Below are positions 1 to 13,457 of a DNA stretch of 64,000 nucleotides, piece by piece. Both the position numbers and the translations under genes were made by a program. The notes beneath the pieces were generated by a model that was given only the letters and a program-made list of their open reading frames with translations, ran no database searches and had not been told where the DNA came from. Within the stretch, counting starts at the first letter, position 1; each line of letters starts with the position of its first letter. The stretch is from Octopus sinensis (Eukaryota), in NCBI RefSeq assembly GCF_006345805.1, contig NC_042997.1:69130001-69194000 (forward strand), in the 5' to 3' direction.

Positions 1-2454
1 CTATCTATTTTTCTTAAAGACTACTTATATCGCAATCAATCTATTTGTATACCAGATTATTTTACTTGCGTTCACTATTGAACAGTTGCAATTAATGAAA
101 ATTTGAAAACTCAGATATTGAGAAATTTTGGCGGTTTAGTAAATATATTCAGTGTCTTGCATATATATCCTTAATACGTTCCAGCAGATTTGAACAGGAA
201 TTTACTAATCACTGTTCTCTATCACGGGAGAACAACTTCATGTTTATGAAGAGTGTGTGTTCATAACACATTCTATTCATTTTCACAAAGCATTCTGGGA
301 CAACCGGTGTTGTAGCCCATCAGCGAGAAGCATTTCCTGACCATTGAATTTAACAAGAGCTGATGTATATGTTTATCTCTTCAGCGAGCACACTGTTCCC
401 TGGTCCATGTTTTTATCTGCCTGCTATATGCATGGTGAACTGCATGAATTAAAATAAGATTTGCAACTATTGTTGTTATTTCACAGTTCGCGTGAGATAT
501 ATGAAAATCAAAAGACTTTAGCTCTTCGTGGTGAGCAATTTAGAACAATATGAGTGAGATTTTTCTAAAGCCCAAACACGCATAATTATACGTTTAAGGA
601 AGGAGATGTTTATGGCAAATTCACTCCAATATGTGGAAAAAGCTCTTGGCGGGGAAAGAAGTTCCGCTAGAAGTAAACATCTGATGGCTGACAGTTTCAC
701 AAACATACTATATGTTGGAAAGTCACACTGGAAGAGCTGCGAGTCAGGTACTGCTAAAGGTGTGATCATACAAACAAAATCTCGAATCATTAAGAAAATA
801 TCTGACGTCTTATACTCTCCAAAAAAGCGTAGTTATCCATATTAGCGGACGATAAAAACTTTAAAAGTCGTCTATGCAGTGTAAAGATCCATTTGAAGGC
901 TTTCTAACCACAACAAAAACGGATGAATTACAGCAGAACTGCAATCCTACAGACCCCACTCAAAATAAACATCAATCATTATAAAACCAACAGCAAAGCC
1001 CCACAAATGCAACAGTCAAGGATGATGGAAAATATGTGACAACAGCATCAGCAACAAGAAATCTGTCAAATACTACAGAAACAGTGCCAACTAAAACTGC
1101 AACAATAATTACTACAGCAACAGCTCCAACAACAAAACAGCAGCAACAACAGTTAAAGGCATCTCTGAATTAATAAGCGACTCGGTTACCAAACATTCCT
1201 TAACAGATCATCTAGAATGCTCTCAAATCTATCACAGCAAAGTACAAACACAACTGGGCACATATTGACAGATTCACCTCCAAATGCTGCTAAAGCATAC
1301 TCTGAATCAGAGATATTGCCGAGCGACATAGTGCAGTCAACATAGCAAATTAAAGAGTTCTGTGACAGAAAGAAAATATAGATAGAAAAGAGTCATCATA
1401 AGATTAAAGCCTGTATATTTAAAGGACTCTTAGGCGTTCTCCAAAACCACAATATACTCACACAGCCACCAGTCCACATTACATAAACGTCTGATACACA
1501 ACCAGAAACATAAATTCAAAACAAACTAATTAAAAGAAAATCAATTACAAGTACTCAGACCGTAAAGAACTGGAAAAATAATACCACTAAGCAATTAGAC
1601 CAACGTTCACGGACTGCAATTTTGCGAGACAGGGACTCAGTGATAACATCGATTTTAGCACTTTGCTGTATTTATTTTATAGAATTTCTTGGAATCGACC
1701 TCTTTGGAATTTGAACTCAGAAGGTAAACATCCAATAGATGAAATGGCTCTTAAAGGACTAGGATCGTTTGCCTTTAAGTAAAAATGATCAATCTTTGCC
1801 AAATTGTATTGTGAGAGAAGACATTAATGTCATGTAAAAGCCCCTGGTATTAACACACACACACACACACGCACACACACATATGTAACAATATATTTAT
1901 AATAATTATTATTTGAAGAAAATAAATGTTTGTATGTTTCTTTGCTTTTTGTTTGTCAGTTTGTGTGCACGTGTGTGTGGTATAGGTTTACTTATTCATA
2001 AAGGTAAACTTCTCTATGAACGAAGACTTAAATGAGTTTTATGGCAGAGCATGTTACTTGTATTTCAGAGTTGTGAACATTTTCTGACTACCGCTCCCTA
2101 GATGAAACAACGCCTAACTTTACTGTAAGACAGCATATATGTCTGTGCGTGCGTGCGTGCGTGCGTGCGTGTATATGTGCGTGTTTTTGCGTGCGTGTGT
2201 GAGTGGTGATGTTCGATGTATTATTCGTGCGTGCTAGAGGAAAGAGAGGGTTTCTCTGAACGTATCGAGAAGATTAGAGATTGTATTGCAAAAGTCAAAA
2301 CTAATCCATCATGATATTTTACCAATTCTGAATAAGATTACAGCACTTCTGTGCTGGAAGAGTATCTTTCTAGGTTTGCATTGATATATTAGCACTATTC
2401 ATTCTCTCACAAGAAACCATATACTCACTTGAGCGTGCGTATTTTAGATGATAC

Positions 2455-2487
2455 ATACATACATACATACATACATACATACATACA

Positions 2488-2523
<36 letters not shown>

Positions 2524-2700
2524 TACATATATATAAATTCCCCTTTTTATCTATATACGAACATACGTATTATATACGTATGTACGTACATATATAAATT
2601 ACAATATATATATAAAATATATATATATATAAATATATATACATGTATATGTACATATATATATATACACATATATACATGCATATATATGCATATATAA

Positions 2701-2764
<64 letters not shown>
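2455..2764. repeat. Compound microsatellite (TACA)n/(TA)n/(CA)n
   Basis: Directly visible tandem di- and tetranucleotide arrays; the overlapping ORFs are repeat translations. Confidence 0.95.
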
Positions 2765-2767
<3 letters not shown>

Positions 2768-5285
2768 CATACCTCAGCCTACGTTGTTAACTGGTTTCAG
2801 GAGACACGACTTAAGTCGAATTAACTTGTCTCTAGACTAGGCTAGGCCGAATTTACTTATCTCTAGTCTAAACCGATAATAACCATTTCCAGTTCTGTAC
2901 TTTATTTATGAATGAATTTTCAATAATACATTGTTAATAAAAACCTATTTTAAGCTTACAAAGAAATAATTTTCATTTTTTAACACAGTACAGTCAAAAA
3001 AAGTAGTCTAAATTTACGAATACTATTTAGCGTTGTTTTCCGTACATCAAATACGCTTTATTTATGAATGCGGTTTGCAATAAGACATGGTAAAATAATA
3101 GCCATTTTTATTTATGAATGCGGTTTGCAATAAGACATGGTAAAATAATAGCCATTTTTATGCTTAAAAACTAAATTCATTAATTATTATTATTTTGCAA
3201 TACTAAAAAAAGAGTAAATTATTTTAAATTTACCAGTACGTACATACAATTTGTTGTTTGCACAGCAGATGAAGATGGCTGTAGATCGTCAACATCAGCG
3301 GCTGACTATGGCTGCTGTTGTTCGATGCGCTTAAAAAGTCGGTTTTGAGTTCCTTGAATTGTCTTATTCTTCTTTTCCTCAAGGATTACATTATAAGGAG
3401 CAAAAGCTTCGTGAGAGCTTCCGCCCCCTCAATCTTCGGAGAGCGTTGAGCATTGTGATCCATATCCTCGAACATAGAAAGACTTTTTTCGATATATGCA
3501 AATGCTTGCTACATTTTCTTAATCGTAAACAAATAAATCTGTGAAATCCTCCTCCTCCAAATCCGTTTCCAGTTTTTTTTGCTCGTAATTACCAACGTTT
3601 TGTTGATGTCAACGTTATCAAACCCCTTTAAATCATTCACGAACTGCGAGCAAAGCTTCTTGCATACATCATTCATAGCTGTGCTCTGCATATCATTCCA
3701 TGCCGCTTTTATGTCCTGCACAGCCTTGTAGATATCGTATCTCTTCAAAAATCACGAAGGGTGATGGACTCATCAAGATCAGCTCCAGATATTGCTTGCC
3801 GCAGCGTACGCTTGAAGATAGCAGTTATTCCCTGATCCATTGGCTGCAGAAGAGATGTAGTGCCCGGAGGGAGGTACACGACGGTAACGTTGGGGTCAAA
3901 ATCTAGGATGCTTTTCGGGTGGCTAGGAGTATTATCTAAGATAAGGAATTCCCTTCTTTTACAGTACTTCTCTGCTGCTGGGATAAAATGATTGAAGAAC
4001 CAATCTTCAAAAGCAAGAACAGTTACACACGCTTTTGAATTAGCCATCCAGACAGCAGGGAGAGATGCCTTGGGTATGTTCTTCAGGGCACGGGGTTGTG
4101 TGCATGATACACAAGCAATGGCTTTAACTTAAAATCTCCTGCACAATTACCTCCTAACATAATGGTCACACGTTCTTGAGACCTTGTAACCTGAAATAGT
4201 TTTCTCCTCCTTGGAAATGAATGAACGGTGTTGCAATTTTTCCAATGCAATCCAGTTTATTCTACGTTAAAAAAATGTTCGTGAAGAAAGCCGTTTTCTT
4301 CGATGATTTTCTTTAATGCATTAGGAAATTCCGCTGTTGCTTGTTCGTCAGCTGATGCAATTTCACCTTGCTATTTAATGGAGTGATAACCTCTTCGCTC
4401 CTTAAATCTCATGACCCATCCTTGACTTGCCTTGAACTCCACATCTTTGTCATCTGTATATTTTTTCTTCATGTCCTCAAACAAAGACAACGCTTTCTCT
4501 TGAATGATTTCTTGACCAAAAGTAGCCCGTCGACGATTCAACCTAACAATCCAAAGAGACAGAAGACTTTCCATTTCTTCAAAGATTTTACTCTTTTCTT
4601 ATTAATGACAGTGTTCTTCATCTCTGGGGCTTTAGATCTTGTCCTTATTATGTACAATCGTCAATACAGTTGGCAGATTCATCCCAAATGGTCGTGCAAT
4701 TGCTACCGTTTTCACCTTTTCACCGTTTTCATGGCGTTTTGTCATAGCCAGTTTATCTTCCAGCCTTATAACATGTCGCTTAGCACGTTCACTATGAATT
4801 CCCTTCGGAGCCATGGGGGCAAAAAATAAATTCGCAAATGAATGAGAATGAGAAAGTAGCCGATAAACAGACGTAAAGAAATCTGAATTCAAAACAATCC
4901 TGGGAATCATGAGTGACAACGAGGCCTAACGGTAGCAATTTGAACTACAGTACAATATGAGCTCCGAAAGACCGATAGATAAGACAACATAGCTGATTTC
5001 ATGATTTCGTTCACTAAGCTACAGTACTTTATGGTGTGTATCTTAACATGTACTGTACTTATTTTAATATGATTTTATACGCTTAGACTCTTGTTTATTG
5101 TAAGGTAGCATGATTTTATGTGTTTCTAATGGTTTTCTAGTGATTTTATGATTCCAATATTTGTGGCGGATAGACGTGAAGCTGAGTGAAAGGATTTAAC
5201 TTAATTTTTATTTCATTATATATTACTTTTTGAAAACCACGTATTATCGAAGACGACTTAAAACGAAACGACTTGCGTCGAAATA

Positions 5286-5290
<5 letters not shown>
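2765..5290 (-). mobile_element. Tigger/pogo-family DNA transposon, degenerate
   Basis: One end reads TA+tAGGCATACCTC (Tigger1-like CAGGCATACCTC terminus); CGACTT..GTCG subterminal motifs near both ends; internal transposase remnant. The other terminus is eroded by a (TA)n array. Confidence 0.85.
3320..4814 (-). pseudogene. pogo/Tigger (CENP-B-like) DDE transposase pseudogene
   Basis: HTH-psq-like KRHVIRLEDKLAM..ENGEKV..IARPFGMN; CENP-B HTH (IIQEKALSLFE..FKASQGWVMRFKERRG); catalytic motifs NVE*TGLHW, ILDNTPSHP, LPPGTTSLLQPMDQG; multiple stops and frameshifts. Confidence 0.92.
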
Positions 5291-5335
<45 letters not shown>

Positions 5336-5689
5336 CTACCCGTGACCCGATTTATGCGAAACTTGTTTTATTCTTCTTGTAGTCACGTTTCATTGGGACC
5401 TTACTTTCATAGTATTTCCTCATTATGTGCCTTTTTGGCTATTTTATAAAGGTGTTGACAGTAAAGGAAAAGAAATTTAGACTTCACTGCTTAAACTTGT
5501 GGAAACAAACCCCAAAACCCCGGGTATCTCGGGAATTCATGGTCCGATTTACGCGAAACTTGTTTTATTCCGTTTGTTTTCACATTTAAGGTGTGCCTTA
5601 CTTCCAGAGTATTTTCCTATTATGCGCCGATTTACTTGTTTAAAATTACAGTGAAGAACGCAAGCAAATATGGCTATCACAGAGTTTTG

Positions 5690-5748
<59 letters not shown>

Positions 5749-6035
5749 TATATATTATATATATATAATCAATATAAACAGCAAGTTGAAATGTTTCACC
5801 AAAAAGGAGAATTACAATTGTCACTCAATGTGAACATGGTGTTGGGAAATACCTATATTGTTAAAAATAAGAGTTGAAATGCAGTAATGCTGTTGTTAAC
5901 GTACATGAATTAAAGCATATACACTAACAGGGATCTGAATCGTCCGCAAAATACCGATCCAGAAATCTTATATACCAATACAAACGCAAGTGTGAAAAGA
6001 GCCGAGATCGTGCTGGCTTAACTGTTGAGGCAACA

Positions 6036-6173
6036 GAAAATGCTTACCAACCACATGGTTCCGGATTCAGTCCCACTGCGTGGCACCTTGGACAAGTGTC
6101 TTCTACTATAACCTCGGGCCGACCAAAGCATTGAGTGGATTTGGTAGATGGAAACTGAAAGAAGCCCGTCGTA

Positions 6174-6262
<89 letters not shown>

Positions 6263-6498
6263 TGTGTGTGTGTATGTGTGTGTGTGTTTGTTTGTCTGTG
6301 TTTGTCCCCCCAACAGTGCTTGCCAACCGATGCTGGTGTGTTTACGTCCCCATAACTTTGGGGTTCGGCAAAAGAGACCGATAGAATAAGTACTAGGCTT
6401 ACAAAGAATAAGTCCTGGGGTCGATTTGCTCGACTAAAGGCGGTGCTCCAGCATGTCCGCAGTCAAATGACTGAAACAAGTAAAAGAGTAAAAGAGTA
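6036..6498 (+). mobile_element. tRNA-derived SINE family A (about 400 bp; octopus OK/OR-type)
   Basis: B-box-like GGATTCAGTCC, CCTTGGACAAGTGTCTTC core, central (TA)n(TG)n, tail GGCGGTGCTCCAGCATG..GTAAAAGAGTAAAAGAG; about 10 homologous copies in the window. Confidence 0.9.
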
Positions 6499-6500
6499 TA

Positions 6501-6835
6501 TATACTGGGTCATCCGATAAATAATTCGGTTTTTAGACTTTTATTTTTCAAAATTAAGATAAACAAACTTGCTTTGTAACCTAAGATATACTCTCTTTCA
6601 TTTTCTACAACACTCTTTTATTTATCTGGTAGAGATGCAATGCCCCTCTTCCAAAATGTTCCTCCAATACTGTGCTGACCTCGGCTACAGAATTCATATT
6701 TTTCCATCAAAATGATTTTGAAGACTACGGAATAAATGATAATCAGATGGGGTAATGTCCGGTGAATATGGGAGGGGCATCCTTTGCCATTTAAACTGCT
6801 CCAGCCTTTGGAGTGTCATCCTCGCTGTATGTGGC
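6501..6835 (-). mobile_element. Mariner transposon 3' remnant
   Basis: Minus strand encodes PYSPDITPSDYHLFRSLQNHFDGK (mariner YSPDLAPSDYHLF motif); TA-flanked TIR-like end at about 6501. Confidence 0.85.
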
Positions 6836-6839
6836 AAAC

Positions 6840-8035
6840 ACTATATATTACTCATAAAATATAGTGTACATTTAAACACATAAGGAATCCACTCGTGGAA
6901 TTCAACACGCTAGAAAGAACAACTAGGTTCTATAACCACAAAATTAGGGATAAAATCCCGACATGAACGAAATGAAAAAATAAAAACTTTTACCATCTAG
7001 TTTCTTGGACCAATTGGTTTCTGATTTTAGTTTAGCAAATAAATAATATTCGCTAGGTGTTTAAATGTACACTGTATTTTATGAGTAATACATTGTTTTG
7101 GGACTAAAGTTTTACACGCTAGGCCACTGGAAATGAAAATTTCTATTAATTTCAATTTCCCTTCGATATGATTAAGTATTGGAAGTTTTTGGATCATTTT
7201 TCGGATTTTAAAAGTTGGCATTCTTTTTATTGCCGACGAGAGGCTGCATCTGCGCAGTAGATTTTGAAAAAATTTGGATCTATAAACAAGAGGCACATAG
7301 TTGATTGCCTCGTGTTTAATATATTTAATCTAAGGTGTACCTGTTGACGCAGATTTCACCTAGCGAATATCATTTATTTGCTAAACTAAATCAGAAACCA
7401 ATTGGTCCAAGAAACTAGATACTCTTTTACTCTTTTACTTGTTTCAGTCATTTAATCGAGCCTTTAATCGAGCAACTCGACCCCGGGACTTATTCTTTGT
7501 AAGCCCAGTACTTATTCTATCGGTCTCTTTTACCGAACCGCTAAGTTACAGGGACGCAAAGACACCAGCATCGGTTGTCAAGCAATGCTAGGGGGACAAA
7601 CACAGACACACAAACATACACACACATACATATATATATATATACATATATACGACAGGCTTCTTTCAGTTTCCATCTACCAAATCCACTCACAAGGCAT
7701 TGGTCGGCCCGAGGCTATAGTAGAAGACACTTGCCCAAGGTGCCACGCAGTGGGACTGAACCCGGAACCATGTGGTTGGTAAGCAAGCTACTTACCACAC
7801 AGCGACTCCTGCGCCTATGGTAAAAGTTTTTATTTTTTCATTTCGTTCCTGTCGGAATTTTATCCCTAATTTTGTGGTTATACAACCTAGCTGTTATTTC
7901 TAGCGTATTGAATCCCAAGAATCCTTATTTACACTGTATTTTATGAGTAATAAATAGTCTTTGGACTAAATTTTTACATCCTAGGCGACTGGAAGTGAAA
8001 ATTTTTATTAACTTCCATTTCCCTTCGATATGATT
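6840..8035. repeat. Foldback-like long inverted repeat with modular sub-repeats
   Basis: About 6840-7062 is the diverged reverse complement of 7358-7420 plus 7817-7960; a module at about 7065-7175 is repeated directly at about 7928-8035 and inverted at about 6840-6878. Confidence 0.8.
7421..7816 (-). mobile_element. SINE family A, full length, inserted in the foldback arm
   Basis: Complete copy from AGGCGCAGGAGT head to GTAAAAGAGT tail; splits CTAGATGGTAAA of the arm, with AT on both sides. Confidence 0.93.
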
Positions 8036-8039
<4 letters not shown>

Positions 8040-8071
<32 letters not shown>

Positions 8072-8257
8072 ATGTATGTATGTATGTATATGTATATATA
8101 TATATATATATTCATGTATATATATGCATGAATGTATACACGGATGTAGGTATGTATGCATATCAAGAAGCATATAAGTAATTTGGATATTTATTACTTA
8201 GCCGATGTACGATTCGCTCCCACTTTCAAATATGGTAATAAATCATATATATATGGT

Positions 8258-8322
<65 letters not shown>

Positions 8323-8340
8323 ATATGATATATATGTATA

Positions 8341-8403
<63 letters not shown>

Positions 8404-8479
8404 GGTATATATATATATGCATATATATATATCTATATAGGTATATATGTTTGTGCGTGTATGTGTGCATGTGTGTGTG

Positions 8480-8534
<55 letters not shown>

Positions 8535-8767
8535 ATATGTAATGTATGCATGTGAGGGTGTGTTCGTGTGTGCAGCGTATGTCTACACACATATATATCC
8601 ACATACAAGTATACATCTTCATATTGGTATGCATAGACGAAAATAATGTGTAATTCAATGATGTATTCCAGTGCTTTCTTGCGTAATAGCTGAAGGAAAA
8701 GAAATGAATAAAATATATATGGATAAATATAGATATATATACACATACACACATCTATAGACATACA

Positions 8768-8833
<66 letters not shown>

Positions 8834-8835
8834 TG

Positions 8836-8903
<68 letters not shown>

Positions 8904-8925
8904 TGTATGTATGTATATATATATC
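8040..8925. repeat. Large (TA)n/(TATG)n/(TG)n microsatellite field
   Basis: Directly visible. Confidence 0.95.
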
Positions 8926-9294
8926 TGTGACAGGCGATGCGTCATATATTCCCAGGAACTAAGTTTGAAGTTTATTTCGAGCTTAATTTCTCTTGTGTTT
9001 ATCATTATACTTCTGTTTCCTGATATTAAATATATTAATATATTTACTTACTTTCATTCTCCGAGGATTTCCTTTTGCTGCTCGTATCTTTCCTTTTTAT
9101 CTCTTTCTCAACATCTTCTCTTACCCCTCTCTACCATTCTCTGTCTCTCTCACATATTTATGTATGTGTGAATCTACATGTAAATACAGGTCTGTGTTTG
9201 TGTGTGTGTTTCTGTGTGCGTGCGTGTGTGTGTGAGTGTACGAAAACGCATGCATTTATTGAAACATAGATAAATAAAAAGAGGTATATGTTTG

Positions 9295-9510
9295 ATATTT
9301 CTTTACTGCCCACAAGGAGCTACACCCAGAGGGGACAAACAAGTAAAGACAAACGGATTAAGTCGATTAAATCGACGCCAGTGCGTAAATGGTACTTATT
9401 TAATCGACCCAGAAAGGATGAAACGGAATTTGAACTCAGAACGTAGCGGCAGACGAAATACTGCTAAGCATTTCGCCCGGCGTGCTGACGTTTCTGCCGG
9501 CTTGCTGCCT
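9295..9510 (-). mobile_element. tRNA-derived CORE-type SINE family B (octopus OR2-like)
   Basis: Reverse complement of head GGCAGCAAGCCGGCAGAAACG..GAGTTCAAATTCCG and core TTTCATCCTTTC.GGGTCGATTAAATAAGTACC. Confidence 0.88.
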
Positions 9511-9525
9511 TAAAGAAGTGTATGT

Positions 9526-9582
<57 letters not shown>

Positions 9583-9949
9583 TGTGTCTGTGTGTCTGTG
9601 TTTATGTGTGTGTGTATCTATGTTTATATACTTTTATTCATTTACTACTTTGAGGAAATTTTTCACATTCTTCACCTTTTCAATACTATCATCGTTATTT
9701 TAAATATTCTCAGTAAGGCTTATACATATTTACATATTCAGGTAGAAATTTCTAAGATTTTCTTTTTCTTCATTTACAGCCACGTTTTGCAATTTTAATA
9801 TAAATGACTAACATTTACATTGTTCTTCTACATGACTAGAATCATATATTTGCAAAGGCCAGGGTGACTTTCTCATATGCAAACAAAAAATATATATACA
9901 TATATATATATTTGAAAAACCATTTTAAGAACTGTTGTCTCATCAATTC

Positions 9950-11194
9950 TTTATCGACTTTTAGAAATAACGTTAAAATTTCGAGCAAACATAAAATAAT
10001 GTAATTTCCAGTTTCACAAAATTCTTTTGGCTGTGTTATATAGACTGTGTTTATTTGAAAAAAAATTAAATATCATCCATTTAAGTGCTTCGGAATCAAG
10101 TGGCAGGGACAGCAGCCAGGTAGCCAGGACATATATGTAAATGAAATGTACACCAGCACCAATACATTGTCTCGTATCTTAGCATTTTGACAAAAGCATT
10201 TAGATAAGTATCACTTTGTGAAAATAAGTTTTGACAGAGATACGATAGACTAAACTCTTGCAACCTCTAGGTCAATATAGCTGCTCTAATGACTGTACCC
10301 AGTAAAAGAAGAATAGAATTAATTTATAAAGACTGAATTTATATAGAAGAATATTTATATCAATTCAGTTGTACCTCTTAACTGGAATTATAATCCTGAA
10401 TAATGCAAGGTATCATTTTCCCATAGTTTGGGTATGAAGCACCAAATCAAATTATTACAATAACTCTGCTAGGTTTTTAGCAAGCTAATATTTTGTCAAT
10501 GATGCAATTACATGAAAAAATTACGGCTCATATTTGGTCTGTGCTAGACGAAAACATTCACTCAAATGTTTCCGGACTACCTTAGACAAACAGTTAAGTA
10601 TCTTGAACCCCGAGTCATTCATGAGAAACTGAATGAAAAGCAAAGATCTTTTCGTAGTGACAAAAAAAAAAACCTTCAATTCGCTTATATCCGACTCTCA
10701 TTGTAATCTAGACGAACACGTAGAAAACTTTTGCATTGTGCGTTTGCGATTGTGAATGGTCTTTAATATCTCATTTATACTACAAAGACCTTCGCAAGTC
10801 AATGATTGCATTGTATCTTCTTCAAAGAAAACCTGTTTAGAAAAGGGTAGTCTTTCTACAGTTGTTTTCGTAAATGGTCGGAAATTAGCAAATCGCAATA
10901 TTCACTGAATTGTCAATAGCTACCGCATGTATACGGTGTGACTTTAGAATTATAAAAAAACGTAGAAAAGTGTACACTGTATTCAGTTTTTTCCCACATT
11001 CAAAAAGTTTCTTTTATAATGCGCTACTTAAACCCTAAATAATATTAACATTGTCTTGAACTTCTGTTGTCCGATCAGGATTAAAGTCATAAAAAAGGAA
11101 AGTTTCTGATATAAAGAATTTCAAATTGAGTGGACGTCGAGACAAATTTATCAAACCGAAAAATATCGATCAGACCGCGATACATGGTCACCCT
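9950..11194 (-). mobile_element. hAT-Blackjack-like transposon fossil
   Basis: Terminus AGGGTGACCATGT (Blackjack-type); frameshifted minus-strand peptides in the expected order: KQL*KDYPFL..C, FAFHSVSH..FKILNCLSKVVRK..LAQTKYE, GASYPNYGKMIPCIIQDY, IGAGVHFI..SLPLDSEALKWMIFNFF. Confidence 0.65.
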
Positions 11195-12045
11195 TGTCAT
11201 TTCAATGAAATGTTTCACGATAGACAATATGCTTGGTGTTTCTCTCTTCACATTTTATTTTGTTTTAAAATTTCGAAATAGTTATATTATGACACGCTCG
11301 ATATGTTGAAGTAATTCATTTAGAGAAACAAAATAAAAAGGGAAAACTTTATTCAATTCGTTCTTTGAATTCGCATCAACAACGTTTAGAACTAATAAGA
11401 TTTGTGTTTTATACTTTTTTAGTTTATTCTTCCTCTGACATTACCGAAAACAATTCACTTTCAAATACAACAGTAGAAGAGTATGATGAAATGAAAATGA
11501 TAACGTCGGGGTGACTGGAAGGAGAAAGAGAAAGATTAAAAGTAGTGACAGATTTACCAAAAGCTTCTGTAAGACAATTCAATTGTAATTCTATTTTTTT
11601 ATACTTGTTGAAACAACCAATTTTTGACGGTGCTATATCAGTATGTAAAACAGTTACTTTTGCAGTTTGTAAGGTAAATATATAATTTACCACTTGATAT
11701 ACAAGAATAGTGAAATTCTAACAAGTCTTGAAATCATTGCTAATTGTGAGTAAAATAATTCATTAAATTGTGTACGGGGAAGTTTTAGCTATGACATTTC
11801 ACTGAAATATTAACATTTCAGTTGACCAATTCATTTACCATTCGTTGTCTGCCACAACTATTACACATATACACACGCATTTTCGCATACTTGAGAGATT
11901 TTATGTAATTTGGAAAACGAAGTTTTTTTCAAATCATCCAGAGAAGCAAGTCATAATAATGAATCTAGAATCTGGACTTGCAACGTTGTCTATGCAAAAC
12001 ATTATACATAAATGTAAATACTATGCAATATATACAGTGAGTTAG

Positions 12046-12260
12046 GGCAGCGATCTGGCAGAATCATTAGCACGTCAGGCAAAATGCTCAACAGCATTTC
12101 GTCCGCTTTTACGTTTTGAGTTCAAATTGCGCCGAGGCCGACTTTGCTTTTCATCCTTTAGGGGACGACAAAACAAGTACCAGTTGAGCACTGAGGTTGA
12201 TATAAGCGATTTATCCTAAACTCGCTGGCCTTTTGCCAAAATTCGAATCCAATTATTATA
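12046..12260 (+). mobile_element. SINE family B
   Basis: GGCAGCGATCTGGCAGAATCATTAGC..GAGTTCAAATT..CTTTTCATCCTTTAGGGG. Confidence 0.85.
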
Positions 12261-13413
12261 GGGAGTTTGAATAACATAAAATATGTTTTAGTTTTAGTTA
12301 AACATCATTGAAAGATCATTCATTGAGCCTTCTCCGAGATAATTCAAAAAGTGTCAAACAATATCTGCTTTTCTGAAAATGAAAATATAAGTAAAGTTGT
12401 AACTTTTTTATTCTTTCAAAGATTACTTTGAAATTAAACTGAATATTTTCTATATTAAAGGTAGCATATTAAATGGGCAATCGATTTAGATTTAAAATCT
12501 TATCATCTTGTCGTCGGCAAAGTTAAAAGGTATCGAATTAAAATGTTCCATCTGCTGACTAAGCCGTCGTAATACTGCAATGATTTGATGCTTATAGAAT
12601 GGTAAGTTATGCCAGTTAAATGCTTTTTCTATGGTATTACTACTCATGAATACAGTTCCGAACTGTAGCAAATAAACTGCATAGAGAAAACTCGCCACAG
12701 GTACACTACATCGAAAAGTCTTTTAGTGGACCCAGCATCATATTAATGCCAACAGAACATGTTCCTTCATTGATGTTCACGTGAAAAAAAATTATATATT
12801 GTTTGACGTCACCACACTAATCATTAAATCTGTGATTCAGTATTTCATTCAATAAAGAGAAAACTTGTAAAAGAATAAGAAAGAGAGAGATGAAAGAAAA
12901 TGTGTGACAAAGGGAGATTTTACAAGCGTTATTAGTTTTTGTGTGTGTGTGTTTCTGTTTTATAGTTGCAATCATTTAATTTACCAATTACTTTTAACTA
13001 CCGACTGACATTGGTATGTAAAAGAGAGGGGATAATAAGTAAACGACTCCAGCGTTTTCCATTTAAAAGAGAAATAATCTCTACATATATTTATTACAGA
13101 AATGATGTTACATAGATCTTTGTGAGTGTCGAAATAACAATACAACTTTAGCTCTCTTACACTTCATTCTGAGTGAGTTGCCGCTCTTATCTCTTTCTTA
13201 TGCAGTATCCTTTTCTTTTCTTTTCATTGTTCAAATTATATTCTCATTTCCTTTCGTCTGTTCTCATTTTATTTTATTTCATCTTACTTTTAGTTATTCC
13301 AGTTACTTTACGTTCAGTGTTCTATTCAGATTCAATTTATCTATTTATTTATTCATTCATTTATTTATTACATATCCTCACTTTTGCTAGTTTTCAACTT
13401 TGTCTTTATATTC

Positions 13414-13457
<44 letters not shown>

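Noticed and set aside
2069-2124. Exon-like segment with ATG (MKQRLTL-|GTAAGA) resembling a signal-peptide start
   Set aside because: Good splice sites but only 7 codons, and no compatible next exon could be supported
12560-12700. Strong donor G|GTAAGT at 12602 and a possible 45-nt exon FRTVANKLHRENSPQ
   Set aside because: All frames upstream of the donor are closed; the second segment has a weak donor and no homology
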